Positions 30,299-40,164 of a DNA stretch of 64,000 bases are shown here, in pieces. Below the pieces are notes generated by a model. The model made no database searches and was not told the DNA's origin. It saw nothing but the letters and a program-made list of their open reading frames with translations. A program made the position numbers and the translations under genes. Position 1 is the stretch's first letter, and each line of letters opens with the position of its first letter. The DNA is from Deinococcales bacterium (lineage in GTDB: Bacteria > Deinococcota > Deinococci > Deinococcales > JAAFIG01): NCBI GenBank assembly GCA_043778225.1, contig JAYWGM010000063.1, positions 1 through 64,000 of the forward strand, read 5' to 3'.

Positions 30299-32289
30299 GG
30301 CATTACCTCAATCCGAATGGGCGTGTTATGAAATAAACTCCCGCCGCCCAAATCGGTCAAGTTCTGACTGGTCAAGGTATTGATGCTCTGCCCGTCTGGG
30401 GCGTGTTTTCCCCACCATGTCCCTTCGACTATCACCACGCCTTGGCTGGTGGCTTGGGTCACTTTTGCGATTCGTACCACACTGCCTTGTTGGCTCGAGA
30501 GCCGAATTTGTGTTTGGTCTTTGACTTTATAGAGGGCTGCATCGGCTGGATGAATCATGGCGTGTGGCTGGTGTTGCTCGAGTTGGCGTATTTTACTGAT
30601 TTCGCCATACGTGCTGTTCAAAAAGTGATGGGCTGGCGGGGTCATCAGTTTTAGCGGAAATTCTGGGCTGGTGGTATCGTTTGGCACAATAAATTCTGGC
30701 ACAGGGTCGAGGTGCAGTAAACCATCTTCAGTCAAACTTGAACCATGCTGGTACGGCAAAAAAACCTCTGGGATATTGAGGCGCATAAATCCATGTTCTT
30801 TTAAGCCTTCGAGCGATATGCCCTGCACAAATTCATGGGGACTGTCCAGCAATTCTCGAGCTAACGTTTCAGTATCCCAGTACAAACTCGGTTCAGAAAC
30901 GCCAAGGCGCTGCCCAAGTTCAGCAAAAATCTGGGTGTTGCTTTTTGATTCAAAATACGGTTCGCAAGCTGCCTCGTTGAAACTCAGGTAATAATGCCCA
31001 TAAGCCGTGTACAAATCCTGATGCTCGAGGAAAGTGGTGGCTGGCAGCACAAAATCTGCCAATTCGGCAGTCTCGGTCATGGCATTCTCGAGAACGACCG
31101 TCAGTAAATCTGGGCGCTTAAAACCAGCCAATACACGGCTCGAGTCTGGCGATACGACAATCGGATTGCAATTATAGACAAACATCGCATGAATGCCGTT
31201 CTGTGGCTCGAGGGCTGTGCCTAACTGATTCATGTTGACCCGTTTTGTTTTGGGGTTAATTAAGTGCGCCGCGCCAAGTTTGGAGCGATTGAGTTGGAAT
31301 GCACCGCTTGTACTGAGCAAAGCGCCGCCGCCACGGTGCTTCCATTGTCCAGCCAGAATCGGCAGCATTGTTACAGCCCGTTGGGCATTGCCGCCGCCTT
31401 CATGGCGGGTCATGCCATAACCAGTGCGAATAAAACTTGGGCTTGTCTGGGCATACTCGAGTGCCAAAGCCTCGATGATTTGAGTTTCAATGCCAGTCAC
31501 TTCGGCGGTTTGATCTAAATTCCAGATTTTGGCAGCCGCTTGGAATGCCGCAAAGCCGCGTGTGTGCTGCTCAAGGAAACTTACATCGTGTAGCCCCCTC
31601 GAGATAATAACGTTTGCCATACCGAGCGCCAAGGCTGCATCTGTTCCGGGCTTAATTCGGATGTGCATATCGCTGTATAAACTGGTTTTAGATTCATACG
31701 GGTCGATATGAATGATTTTTGCGCCATTGCGTCGGGCTGCTGTTAAAAACGGGGTCAGGTGCGAATTTGTCGCCAAGCTGTTAATCCCCCAGAGCAGAAT
31801 CAGCTTGGCATTTGGCACATCCTCGGGGTTTGTGCCAAATCGGGCATCACCATAGGTTTGCGCCCAAGCCTCGCTGCCTGTACTGGCACAGATGGTTTCC
31901 TCGAGTTCGATTGCTCCTAGCGCCCGAAAAAGTGCATGGGCATGACTGCCTTGCATCAAGCCCATCGTGCCAGCATAGTGATACGGCAGAATACTTTCTG
32001 CGCCGTGCTGCTCGAGAATCTGCTGAAGTTTGGCGGCAATTTCGTCCAGCGCATCTTCCCAAGAAACCCGAGTCAAAACACCAGTTAAATTGCGCCGCAT
32101 TGGGTATTTCGGGCGAGTCTCGAGGTAGGCGCGTTCTGGATAGCGGTAGGTCTTGCTGCACAAAAAGCCTTGGGTGATGGGGTGATTCGGGTCGCCAAGC
32201 ACTTTGACGGCGCGTCCGTTCTCGAGCGTCACCAGCATTGAACAGGCATCAGGGCAATCGAGCGGACAGGTCAAGCGAATCGGTTTCAT
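30295..32289 (-). CDS. Molybdopterin-dependent oxidoreductase
   Basis: CPLDCPDAC...C Fe-S motif, ADFVLPAT and a C-terminal molydopterin-binding domain. Confidence 0.92.
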   Translation of the reverse strand: MKPIRLTCPLDCPDACSMLVTLENGRAVKVLGDPNHPITQGFLCSKTYRYPERAYLETRPKYPMRRNLTGVLTRVSWEDALDEIAAKLQQILEQHGAESILPYHYAGTMGLMQGSHAHALFRALGAIELEETICASTGSEAWAQTYGDARFGTNPEDVPNAKLILLWGINSLATNSHLTPFLTAARRNGAKIIHIDPYESKTSLYSDMHIRIKPGTDAALALGMANVIISRGLHDVSFLEQHTRGFAAFQAAAKIWNLDQTAEVTGIETQIIEALALEYAQTSPSFIRTGYGMTRHEGGGNAQRAVTMLPILAGQWKHRGGGALLSTSGAFQLNRSKLGAAHLINPKTKRVNMNQLGTALEPQNGIHAMFVYNCNPIVVSPDSSRVLAGFKRPDLLTVVLENAMTETAELADFVLPATTFLEHQDLYTAYGHYYLSFNEAACEPYFESKSNTQIFAELGQRLGVSEPSLYWDTETLARELLDSPHEFVQGISLEGLKEHGFMRLNIPEVFLPYQHGSSLTEDGLLHLDPVPEFIVPNDTTSPEFPLKLMTPPAHHFLNSTYGEISKIRQLEQHQPHAMIHPADAALYKVKDQTQIRLSSQQGSVVRIAKVTQATSQGVVIVEGTWWGKHAPDGQSINTLTSQNLTDLGGGSLFHNTPIRIEVMP

Positions 32290-32534
32290 GCTTTAATTTA
32301 CGCTGCTGGCAAGTTTTCGTACAAGACGGCTAAAGGCAATGTAAAACCAGCACTTGGAATTTCGAGTTTTGAATCGCTATTCAAAAATTCATGTTGCCAC
32401 AAACCATTGCGTTGTCTCGAGAAGACTTCGCCCATTGGCTCGGATTGAGACAGTAAAAAATACTGCTCGAGACACTTTGTACTGGGGCTTGGCGGTTCAT
32501 AAGTCCAGTATACGACAGAACAATCTTTACAGTA

Positions 32535-33620
32535 TCAGCGTGGCAACCAATTTATAATTGCTGCCATGGCAGCTTCGGTCACAGCCGCGCCAAGGTCAAT
32601 CGGTGAATTGGTGGCAATTCCAATGGCTAGATTGGCTTTTGGAAAAATGATCATCTCGGCAAAATTTAAGGTATTTGAGCCATTGTGCCAAATTGCTCCA
32701 TCGGGGAAAATAAACCAGCCCAGCGCTGCATAAATTCCTTGCCCAGCATTGGCTCGAGGCTGATGCAGATACTTAAAGCTCTGGCTCGAGACGATGCCAC
32801 TCGTACCGTTTTCGCCGTTTAAGTGCGCCAGTAAATACTTGCCAAGGTCTGGCAGACTGCACCGAATGCCATCTGCGCCAAATAACACATTGGAATTGCC
32901 ATTGGGCAATTCGGGTGAAACCGCCATAACTGTTTTGCCAACTTGCTGATGCCCGTGTGGCTGGGTGAGCACTGGAAAGCGTGTGCCAAAAGCACAATTT
33001 TTTAGCTCGAGTGGTGCAAAAATATACTCCCGAATCAGATTTTCCCATTTTTTACCCGTTACTTTTTCGGCAGCTAAACTTGCCACTACAAAACCAATGT
33101 TGGAATAAGCCACCATCTGCCTAGCTTCAGGTGTTTGGTTGAGGGCTTTCTCGAGGTACATGGCTCGGGCTTTTTGTGGCTCGAGTTCCCAACTATACAC
33201 AGCGCTGTCCTCGACATTGGCAGCAAAACCAGCCACATGAAAAAGTATTTCTTGAATCGTGACTTTACGGTAAGCCAGCAGCATTTTTTGGTCGCTAAAA
33301 ACCTCTTCTAAAGTCGTGTCCCAGCCCAATAACTTTTGCTCGACCAATTTGGCAATCAGGGTGGCAGTAAAACTTTTGGACAAACTCCCCAGTTGGTACA
33401 TATCCCCAAGTTGCACCGCCACTTTTGAGCCGATTGCCCGTTCACCAACGGCGGCTGACTCGAGAACTGCGCCGTTTTTAACCACCGTGGCAGCGAGACT
33501 TGGTGCGCCAAATTTAAGCCTGACCGCCTCGAGGGTGCTGGCTAAAGAATTCTGACTCGAGAAGCCAAGGCTCGAGAGGCTAAAAACGCTAAGTAAAGCA
33601 ACGCCAAGCCAGTGCTTCAT
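32535..33620 (-). CDS. Serine hydrolase (beta-lactamase family), secreted
   Basis: SLSK (SxxK), YSN and HNG motifs; signal peptide. Confidence 0.88.
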   Translation of the reverse strand: MKHWLGVALLSVFSLSSLGFSSQNSLASTLEAVRLKFGAPSLAATVVKNGAVLESAAVGERAIGSKVAVQLGDMYQLGSLSKSFTATLIAKLVEQKLLGWDTTLEEVFSDQKMLLAYRKVTIQEILFHVAGFAANVEDSAVYSWELEPQKARAMYLEKALNQTPEARQMVAYSNIGFVVASLAAEKVTGKKWENLIREYIFAPLELKNCAFGTRFPVLTQPHGHQQVGKTVMAVSPELPNGNSNVLFGADGIRCSLPDLGKYLLAHLNGENGTSGIVSSQSFKYLHQPRANAGQGIYAALGWFIFPDGAIWHNGSNTLNFAEMIIFPKANLAIGIATNSPIDLGAAVTEAAMAAIINWLPR

Positions 33621-33702
33621 GGAAGTCAATATATGATACAAGTTGCGTTTAGACTTGGAGTTTAGCTCACAAAATATAGGTAGGACATGGTAAGATAAAC
33701 CC

Positions 33703-33963
33703 ATGAAAGCCAGTATTTATCTTCCATCCGAACTCGAGGCTGTGGTGCAAAGTTATCTCCAAGACCATCCAGAACTGACCCTTTCTGGTCTGGTGCAAGA
33801 AGCCCTCGAGCATAAACTTAAACCACGCCGCAATCGCTTGCTCGAGTTGGCTGGTTTTGTTTCTTTCGATGGCAAAGATAAACGTACATCCGAACAGATC
33901 GCAGATGATATGCGTGAACGACCTGAAGATGAACCCACAAAGCGTGGCTTTGATCGTCCATGA
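33703..33963 (+). CDS. Putative antitoxin (RHH-like)
   Basis: SIYLP beta-strand and LSGLVQEAL helix; ATGA overlap with the PIN gene. Confidence 0.7.
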   Translation: MKASIYLPSELEAVVQSYLQDHPELTLSGLVQEALEHKLKPRRNRLLELAGFVSFDGKDKRTSEQIADDMRERPEDEPTKRGFDRP

Positions 33964-34373
33964 GATTAGCGCGTTTGGTACTTGATACGGGTGTATTGTT
34001 GGCATTTTTTAATGACCGAGATGAATTTCATGCTATTGCGATTGAGGGATTTGAGGCGCTTAACGCCATGAATACTCGGCTGATTACCCCCTCATGCGTG
34101 GTTCTCGAGGTTGCCAAAAGACTTTTGTTCGATGTCAATGCCACTGCCATGCAAACCGCCACCCGTGCCATGCTCGAGACCCTTGAAGTTTTGGACACCA
34201 CCCCTTTTGGTATTCGGGATGCGCTTGAGTTGATCGAAAATATGAAAAAATGGAATGCCACGCTCGAGGATGCAATTGTCATCAACACCGCTTTGGCACT
34301 GAATGCACCCGTTTGGACATTTAACGACCGAGACTTTGGCAACATCAAAAATCTTGACTTTTGGAATCCGTAA
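33960..34373 (+). CDS. vapC: PIN domain (VapC) toxin
   Basis: VLDTG, E, D and TFNDRDF acidic tetrad. Confidence 0.88.
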   Translation: MRLARLVLDTGVLLAFFNDRDEFHAIAIEGFEALNAMNTRLITPSCVVLEVAKRLLFDVNATAMQTATRAMLETLEVLDTTPFGIRDALELIENMKKWNATLEDAIVINTALALNAPVWTFNDRDFGNIKNLDFWNP

Positions 34374-34387
34374 CCCGAGGCGTGTGG

Positions 34388-34433
34388 CTTAGGTCAACAA
34401 ACTGGCTTGTCGCTCAGGTCAACAAACTGGCTT
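34388..34433. repeat. Tandem duplication of the glpD 3' end
   Basis: aggtcaacaaactggctt at 34391 and 34416. Confidence 0.8.
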
Positions 34434-36003
34434 TGGCTAAAGTGCCAAAAGCCTCGAGTTGGGCTTCTTGCCAAGCGGTGTCGCGCCCAAGTTCTTTTGC
34501 CATCAGGCTTGCCACAAGTGGGGCTGCCTCGAGTGCAGCTTTGGCATCGAGCAATAAGGCTCGAGTTCGTCTGGATAAGGCATCCTCGAGGGTACGGCTC
34601 ATTTCTTGGCGCACTGCCCAGATAATCTCGGCTTGGATGTACGGCAGTTTGGCATGAATTTTTGCGCCCAGTTCGGGGTGGTCTTGGACCATCCCTTGAA
34701 TGTGTTTGGCATCCGAGCCATACATCGAAAGGCTCTCCTCGAGCGACCCGCCAATTTGTTCGGGTGAGTTTTCGACGGCAGGTGCGCCGTGCAGCCGCAT
34801 CTCTGGGGTCGGTGAGGTTCGCACTTCAATTCCAGCAATTGGTGCGGCTTTGTTAATCACATCTTCGCCCATTTTGCGGTAGGTTGTCCATTTGCCACCA
34901 ACGATGGTCAGTAAACCTGTTCTTGAAACCAGAATGGTGTGGTCTCGAGACAGTGCCGAGGTATTGCCATCCGAATCCGAGGCTTTGACCAGTGGGCGTA
35001 AACCAGCGTAAACCGCCAGCACATCGGAGCGCACTGGGTCTTTGGTCAAGTACCGCCCGGCGTGTTGCACCAAAAACTCGAGTTCTTGCTCGAGCGGGCG
35101 CGGCTCGGCATCTATGCTTGGGACTGGCGTGTCGGTTGTGCCTATAATCGCTTTGCCATGCCACGGCACAGCAAATAAAACCCGTCCATCGTCGGTGCGT
35201 GGAACCATCAGGGCATTGTTGCCGGGAAAGAATTCTTTGGGCAGCACCAAATGTACCCCTTGGCTTGGCGAAATCACACTTTTTGCCTCGGGGTCATCCA
35301 TTTTGCGGATGTTGTCGGTAAAGACACCAGTTGAATTGATAACTGCTTTGGCATAAATTTCAATTTCACGCCCAGACTCGAGGTCGAGGACTACAGCGCC
35401 CACGACACGGTCTGCTTGGTGAATCAGGCTTTTGACGGGCGTGTAATTACTGATGGCTGCGCCTTTGTTGGTGGCAGTTTGCGCCAATGTAACCGCCAGT
35501 CTCGAGTCATCAAACTGCCCATCGAAATAGACCACACCGCCTTGAAGTCCTTCTGGCTCGAGGGTCGGGATGCGCTCTAAGGCGTTGCTTTTAGAAATCA
35601 GTTTGCTGCTGCCGAGGTTTAATTTGCCAGCCAGCACATCGTAGACCTTTAAGCCCACGCCATAATACGGACCTGCCCACCAATCGTAAGCTGGAATGAC
35701 AAACTCGAGGTCGCGCACCAAATGGGCAGCGTTGCGCCGTAAGCGCCCACGTTCGCGCAGGGCTTCACGCACCAAGCCTATGTTGCCCTGAGCCAGATAA
35801 CGCACTCCACCATGAACCAATTTGGTGCTGCGGCTGCTTGTGCCTTTAGCAAAATCGTGGCTTTCTACAAGTGCGACGCTGTGTCCTCGAGCCGCCGCTT
35901 CGACGGCTGCGCCTAAACCAGTTGCGCCGCCGCCAATAATTAAAAAGTCGAATGGTTCGGTTTTTGAAGACTCAAGGCGCGATAAACTGTCGGAGCGATT
36001 CAT
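34414..36003 (-). CDS. glpD: Glycerol-3-phosphate dehydrogenase (FAD)
   Basis: IGGGATG, GTSSRSTKLVHGGVRYL and GGKWTTYR motifs. Confidence 0.95.
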   Translation of the reverse strand: MNRSDSLSRLESSKTEPFDFLIIGGGATGLGAAVEAAARGHSVALVESHDFAKGTSSRSTKLVHGGVRYLAQGNIGLVREALRERGRLRRNAAHLVRDLEFVIPAYDWWAGPYYGVGLKVYDVLAGKLNLGSSKLISKSNALERIPTLEPEGLQGGVVYFDGQFDDSRLAVTLAQTATNKGAAISNYTPVKSLIHQADRVVGAVVLDLESGREIEIYAKAVINSTGVFTDNIRKMDDPEAKSVISPSQGVHLVLPKEFFPGNNALMVPRTDDGRVLFAVPWHGKAIIGTTDTPVPSIDAEPRPLEQELEFLVQHAGRYLTKDPVRSDVLAVYAGLRPLVKASDSDGNTSALSRDHTILVSRTGLLTIVGGKWTTYRKMGEDVINKAAPIAGIEVRTSPTPEMRLHGAPAVENSPEQIGGSLEESLSMYGSDAKHIQGMVQDHPELGAKIHAKLPYIQAEIIWAVRQEMSRTLEDALSRRTRALLLDAKAALEAAPLVASLMAKELGRDTAWQEAQLEAFGTLAKASLLT

Positions 36004-36068
36004 AGGTCTAAGTTTATACCCACAAGCCTTGGGAATTCGAGAGCGCGAGTATAAACATTTCTAAACAT

Positions 36069-36668
36069 TTAAGCCAAAGCCATAAAATACAGCACACCCA
36101 AAATCGCCTCGAGTTCTTGGATGCTGTAATCGCGTAAATCTAAGCGTACCTCCGTGCCTTCTAACTCTAGGAACCGCCAATCTGTGCCACTCGAGACAAT
36201 CCCAAAGATTTTGGCTCGAGGTTTGCCACGTTTGAGGTTGAACCGTTGGGCTGCCACCATTTCCGCCACGCACTGGGCAATGCCACCCGCTAAATCTTCT
36301 TTTTTTGCCTCGACCAGCATGATAATCGGCGCTTGAACTTCAATCAAAAGCGGGTCTTGGCTGATTAAAAAATCACAAAAACCATGTAATCCAAGTTTGC
36401 GGTCTACGTTAAAGGCAATTCCAGAAAAGACCGCAATCTGGCGCTGTAGAATTTCGCGTATTTCGACCAAAACTGGCGCAATAATGAGTTCGGAACGGGC
36501 TTTTTCTGTGCCTTTATTGACAATTAAAGGCAAGTTGCGTTGCAGTGTGGCTAACAACAAATCACTGGCGGTAACAGCTTTAACTTGCCCATATAAATTA
36601 TCAAATTCCTTAAAGCGAAGTTCAAAACGCTCACTCAGGATGTCCAAAGTAAAAGATTCATATGCCAT
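36069..36668 (-). CDS. PD-(D/E)xK nuclease-like hypothetical protein
   Basis: EKARSE, CDF, VEAKK, QCVAEM and SGTDWRF motifs. Confidence 0.7.
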   Translation of the reverse strand: MAYESFTLDILSERFELRFKEFDNLYGQVKAVTASDLLLATLQRNLPLIVNKGTEKARSELIIAPVLVEIREILQRQIAVFSGIAFNVDRKLGLHGFCDFLISQDPLLIEVQAPIIMLVEAKKEDLAGGIAQCVAEMVAAQRFNLKRGKPRAKIFGIVSSGTDWRFLELEGTEVRLDLRDYSIQELEAILGVLYFMALA

Positions 36669-36676
36669 GTAACCTC

Positions 36677-36955
36677 CTAAATCAGTTCACTGACTTTCTC
36701 GGCAGCCTCAAAATCCAGCGCAGTAATTCCGCCAACATCGTGAGTAATGTAGGCGACCCTAAGTTTTTTGTACATAATCTCGAGGCTGTCCGGATGGTGA
36801 TTGATTCGCTCCGAAAGCATGGCGATTTCGACCGCCAGCGCCACACCACTGGCATAGGTCGGGCAGTTAAAAAATCGGGTCAATTTACCATTCTTAAAAG
36901 CCCAATCGGGAAGATGAGTCAGGCGCTCGGTGATTTCGGTTTCGGTTAATTTCAT
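36677..36955 (-). CDS. Pterin-4a-carbinolamine dehydratase
   Basis: NHHPD and THDVGGIT.LD motifs. Confidence 0.92.
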   Translation of the reverse strand: MKLTETEITERLTHLPDWAFKNGKLTRFFNCPTYASGVALAVEIAMLSERINHHPDSLEIMYKKLRVAYITHDVGGITALDFEAAEKVSELI

Positions 36956-37605
36956 GGTTGCAGTCTACGCTCTAATTCTAAGAGGCTGATATTCGCCAGA
37001 GTCTCGAGCCGAATCACACCACTGGGAAACTCGAGGTTCTTGGTCACAGAATTTGGAATCACCACACAAGCAATGCCAGCCGCCAAAGCCGCTTTTGCAC
37101 CATTGGGTGAATCCTCGAGAACGACGGCTTCGTGGGCTGACAGCCCTAACTTATGCAGTGCCAACAAAAAAAGCGCAGGGTCTGGTTTAACCTTTTCGAC
37201 TTCATAGCGTGTGGCGGTTGCGTCAAAATACTCGAGAATGCCATGCTTTTGCGTCCAGCCCGAAACCCAATCGTAATCACTCGAGGAAGCAATGGCGAGT
37301 TGTAAGCCAGCCGCTTTTGCCTCGAGTATCAATTCTTTTGTGCCAGCCAACAAACTCGAGGCGTGAATCAAACGCAAAACCTCTTCGCGGTGTTCAGCTT
37401 GCAAGGTTTCTCGAGGCAGCGCGTAACCGATTTTTTGCTCTAAATCAAGCCAAGGGTCAAAGCCGCCCCAAGTGCCAATGCCGCGCCCCCAGTCTTGGGT
37501 ATTCAGCACTTGCTCAAAACGCTGATAAAGGGCTGTCCAAGCCACAAATTCTGGTGTTTCGGTATCTAAAATCGTGCCATCAAAGTCAAAAATCAGTGCT
37601 TTCAT
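36952..37605 (-). CDS. HAD family hydrolase
   Basis: FDFDGT, KPDP and EDSPNG motifs. Confidence 0.92.
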   Translation of the reverse strand: MKALIFDFDGTILDTETPEFVAWTALYQRFEQVLNTQDWGRGIGTWGGFDPWLDLEQKIGYALPRETLQAEHREEVLRLIHASSLLAGTKELILEAKAAGLQLAIASSSDYDWVSGWTQKHGILEYFDATATRYEVEKVKPDPALFLLALHKLGLSAHEAVVLEDSPNGAKAALAAGIACVVIPNSVTKNLEFPSGVIRLETLANISLLELERRLQP

Positions 37606-37616
37606 GGCTAGAGCAT

Positions 37617-37700
37617 AAGGGAAAAGAGGCAAAGGGAAAAAGGGAAAAAGGTGAAAGGGTAAATCTGTGCGCCCTTTTACCCTTTTCTACTTTTAACCCT
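37617..37700. repeat. Inverted array of ~8-bp repeats (aaaaggg / ccctttt)
   Basis: Same family as 22028-22095. Confidence 0.7.
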
Positions 37701-37726
37701 GCTTTTGCTGTGTCATACTCGAGCCT

Positions 37727-38503
37727 ATGGACTTACCCGATGTTTCAAAGCTCGAAGGGGCGCTGGGGGCAATTTGCCGTGACCGTGCGACCGATTATAC
37801 CAATGCCAGTTTTGAACTCACGGCTCGAGCCTCGAGCCACGGTTTTGAAAATGCCCTTAAAACCCAAGGCATCAAACTGATAGCCGAAGTCAAACGCGCC
37901 TCACCACGCGGCGACTTAAATACTGCACTGTCGGCAATCGAGGCAGCCAAGGCTTATGCGGCTGGCGGCGCAAGTGCCATTTCGGTGCTGACCGAGCCAC
38001 GGCGTTTTCTGGGGTCGTTTGAAGATTTACAAAGCGTCTCAAGCCAGATTGCACTTCCTACACTCTGCAAAGACTTTGTGGTTCATCCTGCGATGCTCCA
38101 AGAGGCGGTACAGGCGGGCGCGGCGGCGGTACTGCTTTTGGTCAATGTGCTGGGCAAACAGACCAAGGCGTACCTCGAGGCTTGCCACAGTGTTGGCTTA
38201 GATGCACTGGTCGAGGTTCACACCGAAGATGAATTAGACCTTGCGCTCGAAGCTGGCTCGAGGATGATTGGGGTCAATAACCGCGATTTAATCAGCTTAG
38301 ATATAAACCTTGGAACTGCGCCGCGCCTTGGCTTGTTGGCTCGAGAATACGATTTTGAGGGGGTGCTGATTGCCTTGTCTGGCTATTCTAATCGCGCCGA
38401 AATTATTTCTTTACAGGATGTCTTTAACGCCGTGCTGGTTGGCTCGAGCTTGGTTTCGTCTATGGATTTAGCTGCCAGTGTACGCGGTTTACTAGGACGG
38501 TGA
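37727..38503 (+). CDS. trpC: Indole-3-glycerol phosphate synthase
   Basis: IAEVKRASP, ISVLTE, KDF, LVEVH and GVNNRDL motifs. Confidence 0.93.
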   Translation: MDLPDVSKLEGALGAICRDRATDYTNASFELTARASSHGFENALKTQGIKLIAEVKRASPRGDLNTALSAIEAAKAYAAGGASAISVLTEPRRFLGSFEDLQSVSSQIALPTLCKDFVVHPAMLQEAVQAGAAAVLLLVNVLGKQTKAYLEACHSVGLDALVEVHTEDELDLALEAGSRMIGVNNRDLISLDINLGTAPRLGLLAREYDFEGVLIALSGYSNRAEIISLQDVFNAVLVGSSLVSSMDLAASVRGLLGR

Positions 38504-40060
38504 GTTGATGCGATTTTTGCCGCTTTTTTTGGCAGCCACCAAGGCTTGGTCGGCTTGGGATAATTTTTCCTCGAGTTGCGAAACATGGTCAAGGCTGACC
38601 ATTCCAACACTGACACTGACCATTTGGTGAAATGGCTCAACGATTTCGGTGCGCCACTGCTCGAGCCTTTCGTGTGCCATTTCGAGCGAGATATTGGGTA
38701 AAAGCAGCGCAAATTCATCGCCACCAAAACGCGCCACCAAGTCGTATTGGCGTACCCGTTCACGCAAACGCTGGGTGATGGTTTTTAGAACTTTGTCGCC
38801 AGCATCGTGACCAAAAACATCGTTGACGGTTTTGAATTTGTCCAAATCAAACATCACCACCACGCTCGGGGAAGTGGTCTGTGGCAGGATTAACTTGGCA
38901 CGGTTCAAAAACTCGGTGCGATTGAGTAACTGCGTTAGTTCGTCGGTGGTGGCGCGTTTATACCAAGCCTCAATTGGACTCGAGATGCGCCAAATCAGCG
39001 GAATTGAAAACAGAATCACCAGTACACTGACCACAATCGTTTGCCACAATTGGCGATTAAACACGGCTTCGCTCGAGCCAACAAAATCTTTTTTAGGGGC
39101 ATGGATTCCAAGTAACCAGTTGGCATCTTGATTGACCAAAAGCGGTCGCATTAACCCGACCCACTCGAGATTGCCAATACGGTAATTTTGTAAATCTGAG
39201 CCGTTGTGACTCAATTGTTGCAATGCTTTGGCTTGTTGGCTGCCAACTTCGGACAGCTTAGGTAAAGCGCGGCTATTGGGTTGTAGTTTTTCGGCAAGTT
39301 GAGGCATTCCAACCACTTCGCCATTCTTGGTGACGATAAACGCAGCCCCATTAGCACTGGTTGGGATATTGCCAATAAAATCTGACAAAACCGTAATTTC
39401 GATGTCAACGCCGACGACACCATCTAAATTAAAGGCTGCGTTTTTAATCGGTAGCGCGGTGGTAATGCCCGGGCGTTGTGAGGAAAAAAAAACATAAGGA
39501 CCTGTCCAAACCAAAGTCTGTCGGCTGAGTGATTCCTTAAACCAAGGTCGGGTTCGCGGGTCGTAACCATCGTCTGGGCTGATTGCATCTGAGACTAAAT
39601 TGCCAGCCTTATCAAATTGTTCGAGTTTGGTTAAACGCAAATTTTTTTGAACGATAATTTTTTTGAGGCTAAAGCCAATTTTTTCACGTCTGGCAAAAAT
39701 AAAACTGCCGTCTTGCCCACCAAAATATAAACCTGTCAGTTGTGGCACACTTTTAAGCTGCTCGAGTAAAAAACCATCAAAGGCTTGACTGTTGGGGCGC
39801 AATGTACCGCGAGTCATTAAGCCATGTAACACTCGAGCCGTTTGTTCGGCAGGTGCAAGAAAACGCTGTGTCCGCTCGAGAACACTTTCGGACACATGGC
39901 GCATGATAATTCCAGCATTCTCGAGTTGTAGCGCCGTGGTGTTGCTGCGGGCTGCCAAAAGTAAGGCAACAATAGCAATTCCCTGTAGGGCGACCAAACC
40001 CAACAACATCCATTGACGGATTGGTGGAATGGTGTTGGAAGGCTGCTTACGGTTAAACAC
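38492..40060 (-). CDS. Cache-sensor diguanylate cyclase
   Basis: Two TM helices, YDPRTRPWF Cache motif, DLDKFK.VND and GGDEF. Confidence 0.92.
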   Translation of the reverse strand: MFNRKQPSNTIPPIRQWMLLGLVALQGIAIVALLLAARSNTTALQLENAGIIMRHVSESVLERTQRFLAPAEQTARVLHGLMTRGTLRPNSQAFDGFLLEQLKSVPQLTGLYFGGQDGSFIFARREKIGFSLKKIIVQKNLRLTKLEQFDKAGNLVSDAISPDDGYDPRTRPWFKESLSRQTLVWTGPYVFFSSQRPGITTALPIKNAAFNLDGVVGVDIEITVLSDFIGNIPTSANGAAFIVTKNGEVVGMPQLAEKLQPNSRALPKLSEVGSQQAKALQQLSHNGSDLQNYRIGNLEWVGLMRPLLVNQDANWLLGIHAPKKDFVGSSEAVFNRQLWQTIVVSVLVILFSIPLIWRISSPIEAWYKRATTDELTQLLNRTEFLNRAKLILPQTTSPSVVVMFDLDKFKTVNDVFGHDAGDKVLKTITQRLRERVRQYDLVARFGGDEFALLLPNISLEMAHERLEQWRTEIVEPFHQMVSVSVGMVSLDHVSQLEEKLSQADQALVAAKKSGKNRINSPS

Positions 40061-40164
40061 AACCTCAAGCCTAGCATAAATGGTAAGCGCTTACGGCTAA
40101 ACTTAAAGCGAGGTTAAAACCTGTACTTAGCAGGGTGGAGTGATCACCCATTCTTGAAACAATT

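Noticed and set aside
37209..37880. 223-aa plus-strand ORF and the many other shadow ORFs in the track
   Set aside because: They are antisense or off-frame to well-supported genes and carry no recognisable motifs
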